Shown: positions 52,565 to 64,000 of the stretch, one piece after another
Numbering within the stretch: the stretch's first letter is position 1
Layout: the number at the start of each line of letters is the position of its first letter
Source: Chrysomallon squamiferum
Taxonomy: Eukaryota; Animalia; Mollusca
Assembly: GCA_012295275.1 (NCBI GenBank)
Contig: CM022678.1
Span: 6,448,001-6,512,000 of the forward strand
Length of the DNA stretch: 64,000 nucleotides
Reading direction: 5' to 3'
Made by a program: the position numbers and the translations under genes
Notes under the pieces: model-generated
Told to the model about the DNA's origin: nothing
Databases searched by the model: none
Seen by the model: only the letters and a program-made list of their open reading frames with translations

Positions 52565-54549
52565 TCGATCGATCGATCGATCTATCTATCTATCTAAATA
52601 CCCAGGAACGTTACTTGTTATTAAGCAGTACAACACCTACTAAATGTTATTCTACTTGTTCAGATTCATCTCAACATCTGTGCCTTTGACATCTGGCTGA
52701 TACCATAGCTGAGTTTATCCACATCAGTTCAGTAAGCTGAATCACAGTCCTTTGATACTGACCAACCAATTAGCTTCTATAATACTATTGAGCCATTTTA
52801 TAGATTTAGATATAGATATATAAACTTATAGATATATACAGATAAATCTATATCTATATATATGTACTGAGTTGTAACAAACTTGTGCATTATATACTTT
52901 CTTTGGTTCAGTATCACACTTGGTATTGTCTAACACTAGATGGCGTTGTCCACCTCAGTAATGAAGATGTAAAAATCTTAATAGTTGTTATCTCATTTAT
53001 ATTTTGTTAGTCTTGTATTTCAGTTGCAGTGGGAATTTATAAATCACATTAATGAACATATCAATAGTTGTTTTGTCCATTGTGTGTTAGTAACAATCTT
53101 TTATCTTGTATTCTGTGGAAATTATCTTAGATCCACAGAATCATGTGTTTATCATTCTGAGTTTGAAAACAGGAAATCTGTATATGCTGATTTGGGTAGA
53201 GATAGGACAGTTACGTTAGATGCAATCATTTCTCTACTGAGGCTAAAACTCAAGAGGCACGCATACATCATATAACACATAACACACAGATACACAGTTT
53301 TAAGTTATTTATATATTGTAAAAAAATAAAAGCAGCATTTAATGATGTTCTATTAGTTGCAGATGTGGCAGAAGAGTTGATTTGGTAAAGCAGTGTAATT
53401 CTGAAAATTTTAATTTTGTTTACCTTGAACTTTTTCTTATTTATTTATTTTTTTTTATTTCCTCTTCTTCTTTTCCTTCTTATTGTTATCATTTTATTCA
53501 CATTTATTTTGCATTATTGTTATTTTATTTTACTTATTATTATTATTATTATCATCATCGTTGTTATTTAATTTTGTTTGTTTATTTTTCTTCTTTCTTT
53601 TCTTTTTACTTCTTCCTCTTCTTCTTACTATTATTTACTTCTTTTTTTAATTTATTTTTATATTTATTTATTTATTTATGTATTTATTTATTCATTTAGA
53701 CATTTAATGCTATAAATATACGTCTGCACAACTTGACTACGAATAACATGAACGATTCAAACTAGCATTCTTCAACATGCTTTAACAAACTTTACAGAGT
53801 GAACTACAAAGTACTATATTATTTATTTTCAACTTGTATTGACGTCTGTTACATCTTCATCTTTCAGTTGTTAACTTAAAAGATCTGATTACAGCATCTG
53901 AACTTAACATCCACGAACCTTGTTCTGTGAAATTTTTTTACCTGAGAACTTGCCTGTCTTTTAATTTGATAATGTATATAATCTGAATGGCTTTAATATA
54001 TACTACACCCCTCTACACCCCTAATAACAATAAGCATGTATCCATCCAGTGCTTGATAATTAAAATAGTAATAAAAATAACTTGATTCATCTAAATATTC
54101 TTACATGAAATGATAAAAGATTTAATTTTGCCGAGTAGAAATATTACTAAATATTTTAATCTGTGGTAAATAATGTATTATATAAATTTTTAAATTATTT
54201 TTTTTTTTTTTTGTTTTATTTTTAAGAATTTTTTTTAAAAGTATAATGTGTCGTTATTTAATTACAAATTGACGTAGGTTTTATTACATAATGGATTGTT
54301 TAAGATATATCTGTTACATGATATGTGAAGATGTATCTGTTTATTATTTTATATAAATTTGTCAAGTTTTCTTTTTTTCAGTTTTTTTACAGTACCTAGT
54401 TTATTATAATAATGTGATTGTTAAAAATATTTTTGAATTTGGGTTGAAACTTGAAACTGTATTTTAATACAAGAGCAGAATGTTCTTAATAATTATTATT
54501 ATTATTGTTATTATTGTTGTTACTGGTAGTATTATTGTTGTTGTTGTTG

Positions 54550-54592
<43 letters not shown>

Positions 54593-54648
54593 TATGATTC
54601 TTTTTATTGTTATTATTGTTGTTATTGTTTTTACTGTTATTATGATTG

Positions 54649-54688
<40 letters not shown>

Positions 54689-54903
54689 GATTGTTTTTAT
54701 TATTATTATTATTGATTGTTTTTATTATTATTATTTTTATTATGATTGTTTTTATTATTATTATTATTATTATGATTGTTTTTATTATTATTATTATTAT
54801 TATTAATGGTTTTAGTATTATTTTATTAGCTGTCTTTACCCAAACTCATTCACACTATTCAGTTATATATTATTTTTTTAATTTATTTTTAACTTAATTT
54901 CAG

Positions 54904-55271
54904 CCACTTCAGCGAACGATGAACTGGAATTTGTAAAAATGCGTTACCGCTCTCCCGCTCACTCGGCATTCCGCGACCACCAGACATTCGACAACGTCAA
55001 CATGACCGACTACTCGTCGCTGGAGCGCCCACCCAGCTACGACACCACCATGAGAGACAGCCACGCCGACACAACGGCGGCAAACATGTACTACGCTGCC
55101 GACAGACAGAGTATACGAAGCAAGGCCAGCACCCGGTCGAAAAAATCAACTCACAGACAGACATCTGCGGCAACTTCGGACGCGAACTTTGAGAGGCGAC
55201 AGGAGTTGCCGTGGGTGCAGATAACGCCGTCGTCGAATGTCGATCACAACTACCAGCGGAATTTTCCCTAG
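54904..55271 (+). CDS. NKAIN: NKAIN alternative long terminal exon
   Basis: TTTCAG| phase 1: (S)TSANDELEFVKMRYRSPAHS...ERPPSYD...QRNFP*. GC-rich, 122 codons, phase-compatible with the exon 5 donor. Confidence 0.75.
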
Positions 55272-57302
55272 GGGCTCTTCCTGAAATCATTGTATAGGAG
55301 AAAACAGTGTTTTTTTTTTTTTTTTTTTTTTTTTTTTTGAATTCAGTTGGCAACTTTTGTGTTTTGTGTTTTGTTTCTTTTTTTAGATTCGATTTTGATG
55401 CATTTCGTGGATGAAGGAGGAATGTTTTGTTTGTGAATGGATAAATAGGTTTATTTTTTATGAAGGAAGGAAAAAGTTCATATGTGAAAAAAAGAAAGGT
55501 TATTTTTTTTTTTTTAATTTTTTAATTTTTTTTTTTTTTAATGAGGAAAGACCATTTAATTTGTGAAAGAAGAAAAGTTTTTTTTAAATTTTTTAATTAT
55601 TTTTATTTTTATTTTAAATTTAAAATTTTAATTTTAATTTTAATTATTTTGGTTTCCATGAAGATTATTCTGATCAATGAACGTGTTTTATACAATAACA
55701 GGGATTTGTGAATGAAGAAAATTTTGTGATTCTGAACAATTTAACACTGATCTCGATTTCACTGTTGTGCTGGATGTTAGGTAGAAAACAAAAAAAAAAT
55801 TTTTTTTTTTTTTCTTGTTCGAAAGCGAAGGATGCAGGAGTAGTGATTGTTTTTGTGTCCTGTGGAAAAGTGCCTCTGAATTCACCAGGAAGAGACCCCG
55901 AAATTTTTATAAATCTCCTATTTATAAAGATTTAAAAACATTCTTTCATTTATTCACAGGCAGAACACATTTTAGCTAATCATGTGAGAATCCTGTGGAA
56001 AAAAAAAGAAAGAAATATATATAAAAAAAAAAAAAGGAAATTGATATTTGAGCAGTAGAGACGATATTGTTATGGCAACCGTTTACAAATTCGACAGAAC
56101 AAATTTAAAAAAAAATTGAATATTGGTAAAGGAGTGCAAAATGTTTTGTTGTTTTATTTATAGGAAACTTAATTTTTAATTGTTTAATTTTTTTTTTTTT
56201 TTAAAGCTTAGTTTCTTTTTTAGTTTTCTATTTTTAGTGTTCAGTTTTGTTTCATGTCTTTTACTTGTGTGTTTTTTATTTCATGCTTTGTAGTTCTTTT
56301 TATGTTTTGTTGTTGTTTTTGTTTTAATGATGAAAACGTGGATCTATGACTCAGTTTCGGACATTTTCTAAAAACATGAGAAATGTTTTTTAAAAATCGG
56401 GTTTTGTCTGTTTTTATTTTTTTTAAAGCATTTTCAGTAACATGACTCACAACGTTCCTGTAAACATATCTGTCAATATTTTTATATATAGAGAGGATCT
56501 GTGTACATGTTTCAAATTTTTTGTTTACACAAAGCACCTTGAAGTTAAAAAGTATGTGTACTGTATTCTTTCACATGTAACAGCAAATGGTCTTATAAGC
56601 AAAGGTTAACATTATATAAGTGAAATAGATTTTTAAAACTTTTTTATTCTTGTTAACTGGATATTCTCCAAACTTTGCAATATTTATCTACTTCTACAGC
56701 AGAAATTATTTTTTTTTTAAATGTGCAGTAAAAATTTTAGTTTCTCTCACTTACAAAGGCATACCATTATAAGGCAGATAGACCTCTTTTTTTTTTGTTG
56801 AAAACTTTGTAATGGTATGTCATAAAAAGAGATACCCTTGTAAGTGAGGGTGTCGGTATCAAGGAAGAAAAGGGATCTTTTTATCTCAAGAAATCTTGTA
56901 ACAGCTATTAAAAAGTTGGGCGATATGGTACAGTAATCACACATTCATTACACTACTTTTTTTTAACTTCTTGTTTTTCTGTTTTTTAATGAATTTCAGA
57001 AATTCTGATATTTTATGTCCTAATATTTTGAATTTTTGTGTCTACCAGAAGTAAAATTCAGAATTATAAACATTAAATAAATATACATGTAGAATGTTGC
57101 TTGTTTTATACAAGTTTTGGTAATTATGGTATTTTTTTAAACACTTCTTTTGATGACATTTTGAAAACATTTTTATAAATTATGTCAGACTAGTTGATTA
57201 ATTTTTGAGACTTAATATATATTAACACTTTTATAATAATTTGATTATATTTGATATTTTGCTGTTACTGTTACTACTACTGTAATACTATTGTCATTAT
57301 AA

Positions 57303-57343
<41 letters not shown>

Positions 57344-58375
57344 AACACTGTTTATCACTGACTGATGGTTGTTCATATTGTTTTTAATGTATTTAAAAAT
57401 AACATATTGCCAATTTAGGAAACCTGATTTATAAAACAACAAATAATAAAAAATCAATTAAAAATCATGACTGAAATATATTCCTATTAAATACAAATTA
57501 TTTTATTAGCAAAAGGAACAGAAATGTTTTTTAATCTGTGAACCCACATATCCGCAAATTGTATTACTCTTTGTACTTAAGACTTTATCTTTGTGTTTTT
57601 ATCATGTTCTCATTTCTTAAAATTACCTTTGTGACGTGCACACTGATATTAACTGGTCCTTTATTTTCATCCTGTATTTGGACCATTTCAGTAATTCAGT
57701 TCTTTTTGTAAGACTATATAATGTTTTATATTTATATATGTAACATGCCAGTTAGTTTTGGACAGTTCAAAAAATTCAAAGAAGATGGAGAATAATTTAG
57801 ATTTAAAAATTTTGAATTGTCATAAATATAATTTAAACATTTTAGATTTCTGAGTTCTGTTGTTGTATCTTACTTCAGCTATAATTACATAAATTGAAAA
57901 TATAAAAAATAAAAATTAACATTTAATTATTAAAACCTTTATTTTTTTTTTTTTTTTTTTTTTTTTGTCCTTTAAACATGCTGTTATTTTACATTCTAAC
58001 ATTACCAGTTATTCTCCTCATAACCATTTTTTTTTTCACATCACAATTTTTACTACACTTTGTATGGGTTGTGTACCTTTCACATCATTCCATCTTATCT
58101 TTTAACACACATCATACATTAAATACAATTTTTATGTTAACTTACTTACAATGTCAATGACCATCATCTATCATCTGATTGTCTTTTTTAATTCCATGGT
58201 CAGTGTAATATTGTGATGATAAGAGATTTTTTTGTTTGTTTTTTTTTTTTTTTTTTGGATTATTGATGTAGATAATAAATTATATTTAATATTTATTGTT
58301 TGCTCATCATGCTTTGCTTGTTTCATCTTGTTTTAAAACCCTGGTGATGTTTAAAAGAAAAGTGAATTTTTGATC

Positions 58376-58407
<32 letters not shown>

Positions 58408-59044
58408 ATAGACAATACAAATTTTTTTTTTCTCTTGTAGAGCAAGCTAAATAATAAATTTATGGTGCATATTTGTCTTTTTCTTGTGTGCTTTTTTTTT
58501 TTTTTTTTTTTTTAATTAACAAAATAAACTTGGCGAAAAGAAAAAAAATAAACTTGACATAGAAGAACTGTTTCCATATTTTTACTTGTCAGTTTCAGAG
58601 GTTTAAATTTGTTTTTTTATTTACTCTAGTATTTTGCTACTGCTTGTTTCAGACAAGGATAAAATATAATTTATATTTATTACTGAAATAATGTAGACTG
58701 ATTATATACTGATTCAGTATCTAGGTTTAAAATGGAATGATCAGGACAGGAACTTGCCAAATACAACAAGAATAAATGAAAACCACTAATGGATGTGAAT
58801 CATTTGTCATTTAATGGTGATAAAATTAGTAAAATTGTTAAAAACTAATCTGTTTTTAATAGATTTTTGATTAAGCCAGTGTTTTGTGCCCACAAAAGGC
58901 ATGCTTGAACAGTGTTCTGTTGAAAGGCTATTGGGGGGAAAAAATTACTTTCATCTTTAACTCAGAATAACTTCAAAACATATTTTCAATTACTGTTCAA
59001 GACCAGTTTATGATCATTATAATACAGAACAAAGTAATGATGTA

Positions 59045-59111
<67 letters not shown>

Positions 59112-59183
59112 ATTCAGATAAACATTTTAAAACATTTTAATAGTTTGGGGGTTGTTAAAATGTATTAATTTATTCTATTATTA

Positions 59184-59235
<52 letters not shown>

Positions 59236-59862
59236 GCTTCTCATTAGTACGCAATAATCATATTCAGTGTCATGATGTAAAAATAAAATCTGTTTATTTC
59301 ATCTGTATATTCGTTTGTTTGGGAAATTATTAACTGTAAACTGAACTTGCAGTTATATTTGTTCAGGGCACTTTTTTTTTTTTTTTTTTCATCTGCTTTG
59401 TAAAGTGCAAAATTGTTAAAACTGTTTTTATTCCTATTGTATAAACTGCCTATGGAAACAGATTTTAATTTTAAAAGAATTGTTAAAATGATTTTAACAG
59501 AACATGCTTTCTGTTTAGTTGTTATCATTTGACACCAGGTGGCGGTACTGTCAAAGAAATATGGTAATCAAAATCACTTGATTGATTATGTAGCTGTAAT
59601 GTTTTTTTCAGAAGAGAAATATTTGTTGCTAATTTTGTTTCGCTTTTTATTTTTGAATTTACTGACCAAAATGTATGTTTTATACTGTACTTTATTTGCA
59701 AATGAACTTACTGAAACATTATTATTATTGACATTTATTTTATATCTTATTTTTTTTTTTTTTTTTTTTTTTTCAATATTCATATACAGTTCTTTATTTT
59801 GGTCACTAATATTTCATGTGTTCACTTTAGAATTAAGGTGAATTTGTAAAAAAAAAAAATTA

Positions 59863-59918
<56 letters not shown>

Positions 59919-61343
59919 ATTATTTATTTTATTATTATTAATTAATTATTAATTTATTTATTTAAAAATAGTCAGGCAAAAACTGGTGTGCTTCCATTAG
60001 CTTACAGGGTAGCATTTTTTTTTTTCTTTTGAATAAATAAATAAAATAATTGGCTTAAACATTAAACATATTTTTTGTACATTTGTTTTATTTTATTTAC
60101 AGAATTATGAAAACTTAGTTTTAATTTTTAATATAATTTTAAAATATTTCAAAATTATGATTATAATTATGATTACTAGATGTTTTTCTTCTTCTTCTTC
60201 TTCTTCTTTATTATTATTATTATTATTATTATTTTATTAATAGTTTATTTTTTGTTGTTTTAAACGGGATTTTTCTTTTATTTCATAAATAAAACATATA
60301 ATTTATGACTTTGGAAAACGTTTTTGTTTACGATACTTCGTTGTCATGGGTACATGTTTGTTTGTTACGTACAATCACAGATGTGTAATTTGTAAATAAA
60401 TAAAAGAAAAAAATACTTCACATACTGCCAATGTCTGTTCTGTTTTTTTACATTTCGGGAATTATTTCTTGGACTGAAATTGATATTTATGACTTATAAA
60501 ATTGGTCTGTCATCGAGAACTAAAGTCTAATAGTTTCCGACTGACGTAACAATTAGATGACGTCATCACAATAAGGCATCAGTTTCTATGAATTAGACAG
60601 TTCGTAACGATTTCTTAAGGTGACCTTCATACTTTTTATTTTCTATTTATTATTTTATTTATATAAGCATTGGATTTAAAATTGTAGTGGAATATTATTT
60701 AAATAATTAAATTTATGTTACACATTATTTGTTAAGTTTCGGAATAACTAAACACTTTATTACGTTTAACTGGACCATTAAATATGGATTCCCAAGGGAA
60801 CTTAATTGAATATTAATTAACCGACACTGTTAATTGCAAAATATATAATAATATCAAGTTACATAACAAAAGAATGACGTCATAAATTATGGTGGTAAAA
60901 TTCTTTTAAACTGAGTTCCTCGCATTAAGGTGAGTATTTATTTATTTTTTATTTTTTAATTAATTAATTTCTAACTAAAGACAATACCTATTTCAAAATA
61001 TTATTTTTTCTTAATATGAAAAGAGCATTGCTGGAATCAAGCTGCGTTCTACCACTTAACTTTGTCGTGTTTTTAATCTCCTTAACGGTTAAGGATTAAT
61101 GGTCTGTTGCCCATGACAACAGATTTTTATTTTAATCCCTGTGTTTTCATAAATCCCTGAAGTTAACATCTGTATCACGCTATCGTGGTTCGACAGTCGA
61201 GAAAGAGTGGAAGAAAAAAAGAGAAACGATTTTATTTGGCGTTTGTATAAGAGAATGTTAAAATTAAAATTCCATCTATTGTATATACTATCATCATAAA
61301 CACCATCATCATCATCATTATCATTATCTCATTATCATCATCA

Positions 61344-61396
<53 letters not shown>

Positions 61397-62439
61397 GACA
61401 GTTATTTCATATCTTTTTTCACGGTAAGAATATACAGTTCTTTATTTTGGTCATTATAACTAAAATATTATTGCTTCTTTATCAAATAAATTTTAAAAAC
61501 TTATTTAAACATTTTGGAACAAAACAAATTTTTAAAATAAGAAAGAAAAGACAGAATAATAAGAGAGACGGGACAGAGATACGAAGCTACATTTTACGTG
61601 AGTGCAAGAAAGGAATCCATTACTTTCTTCCGCTGACCATGAATGTTAAATCAACCCTGTCACTGACACAGTGAATTCGATATTCTAGAATGCTTTTCTA
61701 TCGGTCACAATGCTTTATTTATAACCTCCAAAGACCACAACAGCGACTTGATACAATAATAAAAACTCCCAAGGTTAGAAAATAATGCATATAAAAAATT
61801 AAAAAATTCCGCGTAGTCAGCACGGCGTACTGAGGTCACCGAGGCAGCTGTCGTCGTTGTCAAAACACGACCCTGTTGACAGCTTCATTTAATACCGTCT
61901 GCATCCATTAACTTTCTGGACTTTGGCCACCTACCGAAAGAACGCATTGTCATTTTAAAACGCGGGCGGTGTTCTGTTTGCACCGTTCGCCGATCAATAA
62001 TTTTTAAAAAGTAGTTCGCTGTTAACCAGACGACCTCCGGGGTTTTTTTGTGGGGGGGGTATGACGTCATCTTTCTGTCAATCTTATCCTTGTCAACTAT
62101 TTCCAAAATTAGTATTCTGCTTATTTATTTTAGGATTTAATACAAGGATTATAAATCATAAATCTTTTGCTCGCGATGGAGTAATCTGGTTTAAATTTTT
62201 GAAGCCTCTCCCTGTGGCGTTATAATTGACGCTAGGTCACTCCTATTCAGTGAGCGCCATGACGTTTTTTTTCCCCATTCCAATCGGTGCTCACGCCCGG
62301 ATTATCTGTCGTCTTTTAGCTACGTTATAATAAAATAAGTATGATAAAATAATATAGCAGTATTAAAAATTATCTGCCGGTTTGCAACGTATTCGTATAT
62401 ATGGCGGACTTATTACTGAATTTTTCTCAGAATATAAAA

Positions 62440-62630
62440 TAAAATAAAATAAAATATAAAATTAAATTAAATTAAATTAAACTAAACTAAACTAAACTAA
62501 ACTAAACTAAACTAAACTAAACTAAACTAAACTAAACTAAACTAAACTAAACTAAACTAAACTAAACTAAACTAAACTAAACTAAACTAAACTAAATTAA
62601 ATTAAATTAAATTAAATTAAATTAAAAATA
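62440..62630. repeat. (ACTAA)n/(ATTAA)n pentanucleotide microsatellite
   Basis: About 23 ACTAA units flanked by ATTAA units. Confidence 0.95.
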
Positions 62631-63156
62631 AATAAAATTAAATATAATATATTAAGTAAATAAGTAAATAAATATACATAAAATAATAAATAAACATATC
62701 TTATATATTTTAAAGTTAAAAATAGTGAAAAATATTTTCTATTGTTTTAAATAAAATTGAAACACAAAGGAGAATTTATTATACATTAAGCTTTTATTCT
62801 GATTACTTGATCTATGAATACATAACAAAAAAAATATAACAAAAAATAAAAGAAAGAATAACAAAATAAAATAGGAACATATTTCAAACAAGACTTCATA
62901 AAAATTATATTTTCCTGTTAACAATACCCTATTTCCCAGCTGTTGATTATGAATCACTTACTACAATAGAACAAATTTTAAAATACACTGATATTTCATA
63001 AAACTGAGTAATCATATACTTGGTAATACAATATCTTGTATATTTGTTGACCATCGATTATAAAAGAGTATTTAACAGCAATACAATAATGTTTTCCAAA
63101 CGGTTAATAATTGTAGAAATTCTTTTGTGCAGTACCTTTTCCAACGATACAGTAAA

Positions 63157-63224
<68 letters not shown>

Positions 63225-63544
63225 ACAAAAACAAAAGATATCAGAAATATCTATGGTGTGTAATTCATAAATTTTGAAAAGCAATTAACTGGTAATATAT
63301 TTTTAATCATAACTAGTATAAAACAAATAAAAAGTTAATATTCAAAAGCTAGATATTGCATTAAACTCCCTAGTACAATACCATGTAATTACACTATGCA
63401 CCGATTTCTAAGCACGTGGTGTACGTTTTAATAACAACACACCAATGACTAGACAGAATTCATTTCAGTCTACGAAAGCAACCAATCAAAATTCAAGACA
63501 CGTATATTACGTAATCTGTCTTTTATCGAAATGACGTCATTTCT

Positions 63545-63768
63545 TTAAATATCTCCTAAAATTGACTTGTCGCCCTCCGGGTTTTCCTTCCAGTGCGGGG
63601 CCACGTGGCAGTGACACTGGGTCGTTTTACAATTTTGTTGTAGTACGCCTCAATGCACGGCCATTTGTCTAACTGCAGTCCCAGTCGTTTGCCGAAAGCG
63701 ATATACGGGAAGAAAGCGCAGTCTGCCATCGTGAAGGTCGAGCCCGCGATGTACGTATCCGCTCCGCC
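63545..63768 (-). CDS. Glutathione S-transferase (rho/'GST A'-like) last exon; one frameshift
   Basis: ATTCAG|GGADTYIAGSTFTMADCAFFPYIAFGKRLGLQLDKWPCIEAYYNKIVKRPSVTATWP. Adding one C at 63597-63600 restores the rho-class WPPHW motif: PHWKENPEGDKSILGDI*. The rest of the gene lies beyond the window. Confidence 0.88.
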
Positions 63769-63931
63769 CTGAATGGGCATAAAAAAACATATAAAACTTG
63801 CCGATAATAATAACAGCAGCAAAAAAACAGTTATAATAATAATAATAATAATAAAAATAATAATAATAATAAATAATAATAATTATATACATCATCACTT
63901 TTTGTATTATAATGATCATAAACTGATCACC

Positions 63932-63977
<46 letters not shown>

Positions 63978-64000
63978 GTTGTTGCAGCTGCTGTTTAATA

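Noticed and set aside
61800-62410. GC-richer island with TGACGTCA, CCAAT and ATGGCGG motifs and a 73-aa ORF
   Set aside because: No recognisable protein, termini or splice pattern; may be a regulatory element or transposon remnant but cannot be assigned.

Overview
AT-rich, microsatellite-dense eukaryotic (invertebrate, most likely molluscan/lophotrochozoan; inferred from gene families and repeat landscape) genomic DNA. Four protein-coding genes are supported by hand-traced exon/phase analysis: (1) a + strand C2H2 zinc-finger factor (5173-7003) with five N-terminal fingers and a C-terminal Ikaros/Hunchback-type dimerisation finger pair; (2) a - strand aspartyl/asparaginyl beta-hydroxylase ASPH (about 35600 to 16462, 11 coding exons, one GC-AG intron, a long lumenal KPKQEEK repeat); (3) a + strand NKAIN gene (38271-55271), head-to-head with ASPH, with three phase-compatible alternative C-termini; (4) the last exon of a - strand rho-like glutathione S-transferase (63545-63768). 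Several single-base frameshifts and one garbled exon most likely reflect an unpolished long-read assembly. The most unusual feature is that three different ASPH introns start with tandem arrays whose unit is a copy of the upstream exon's 3' end plus its splice donor. Most ORFs in the supplied track are microsatellite or antisense artefacts.
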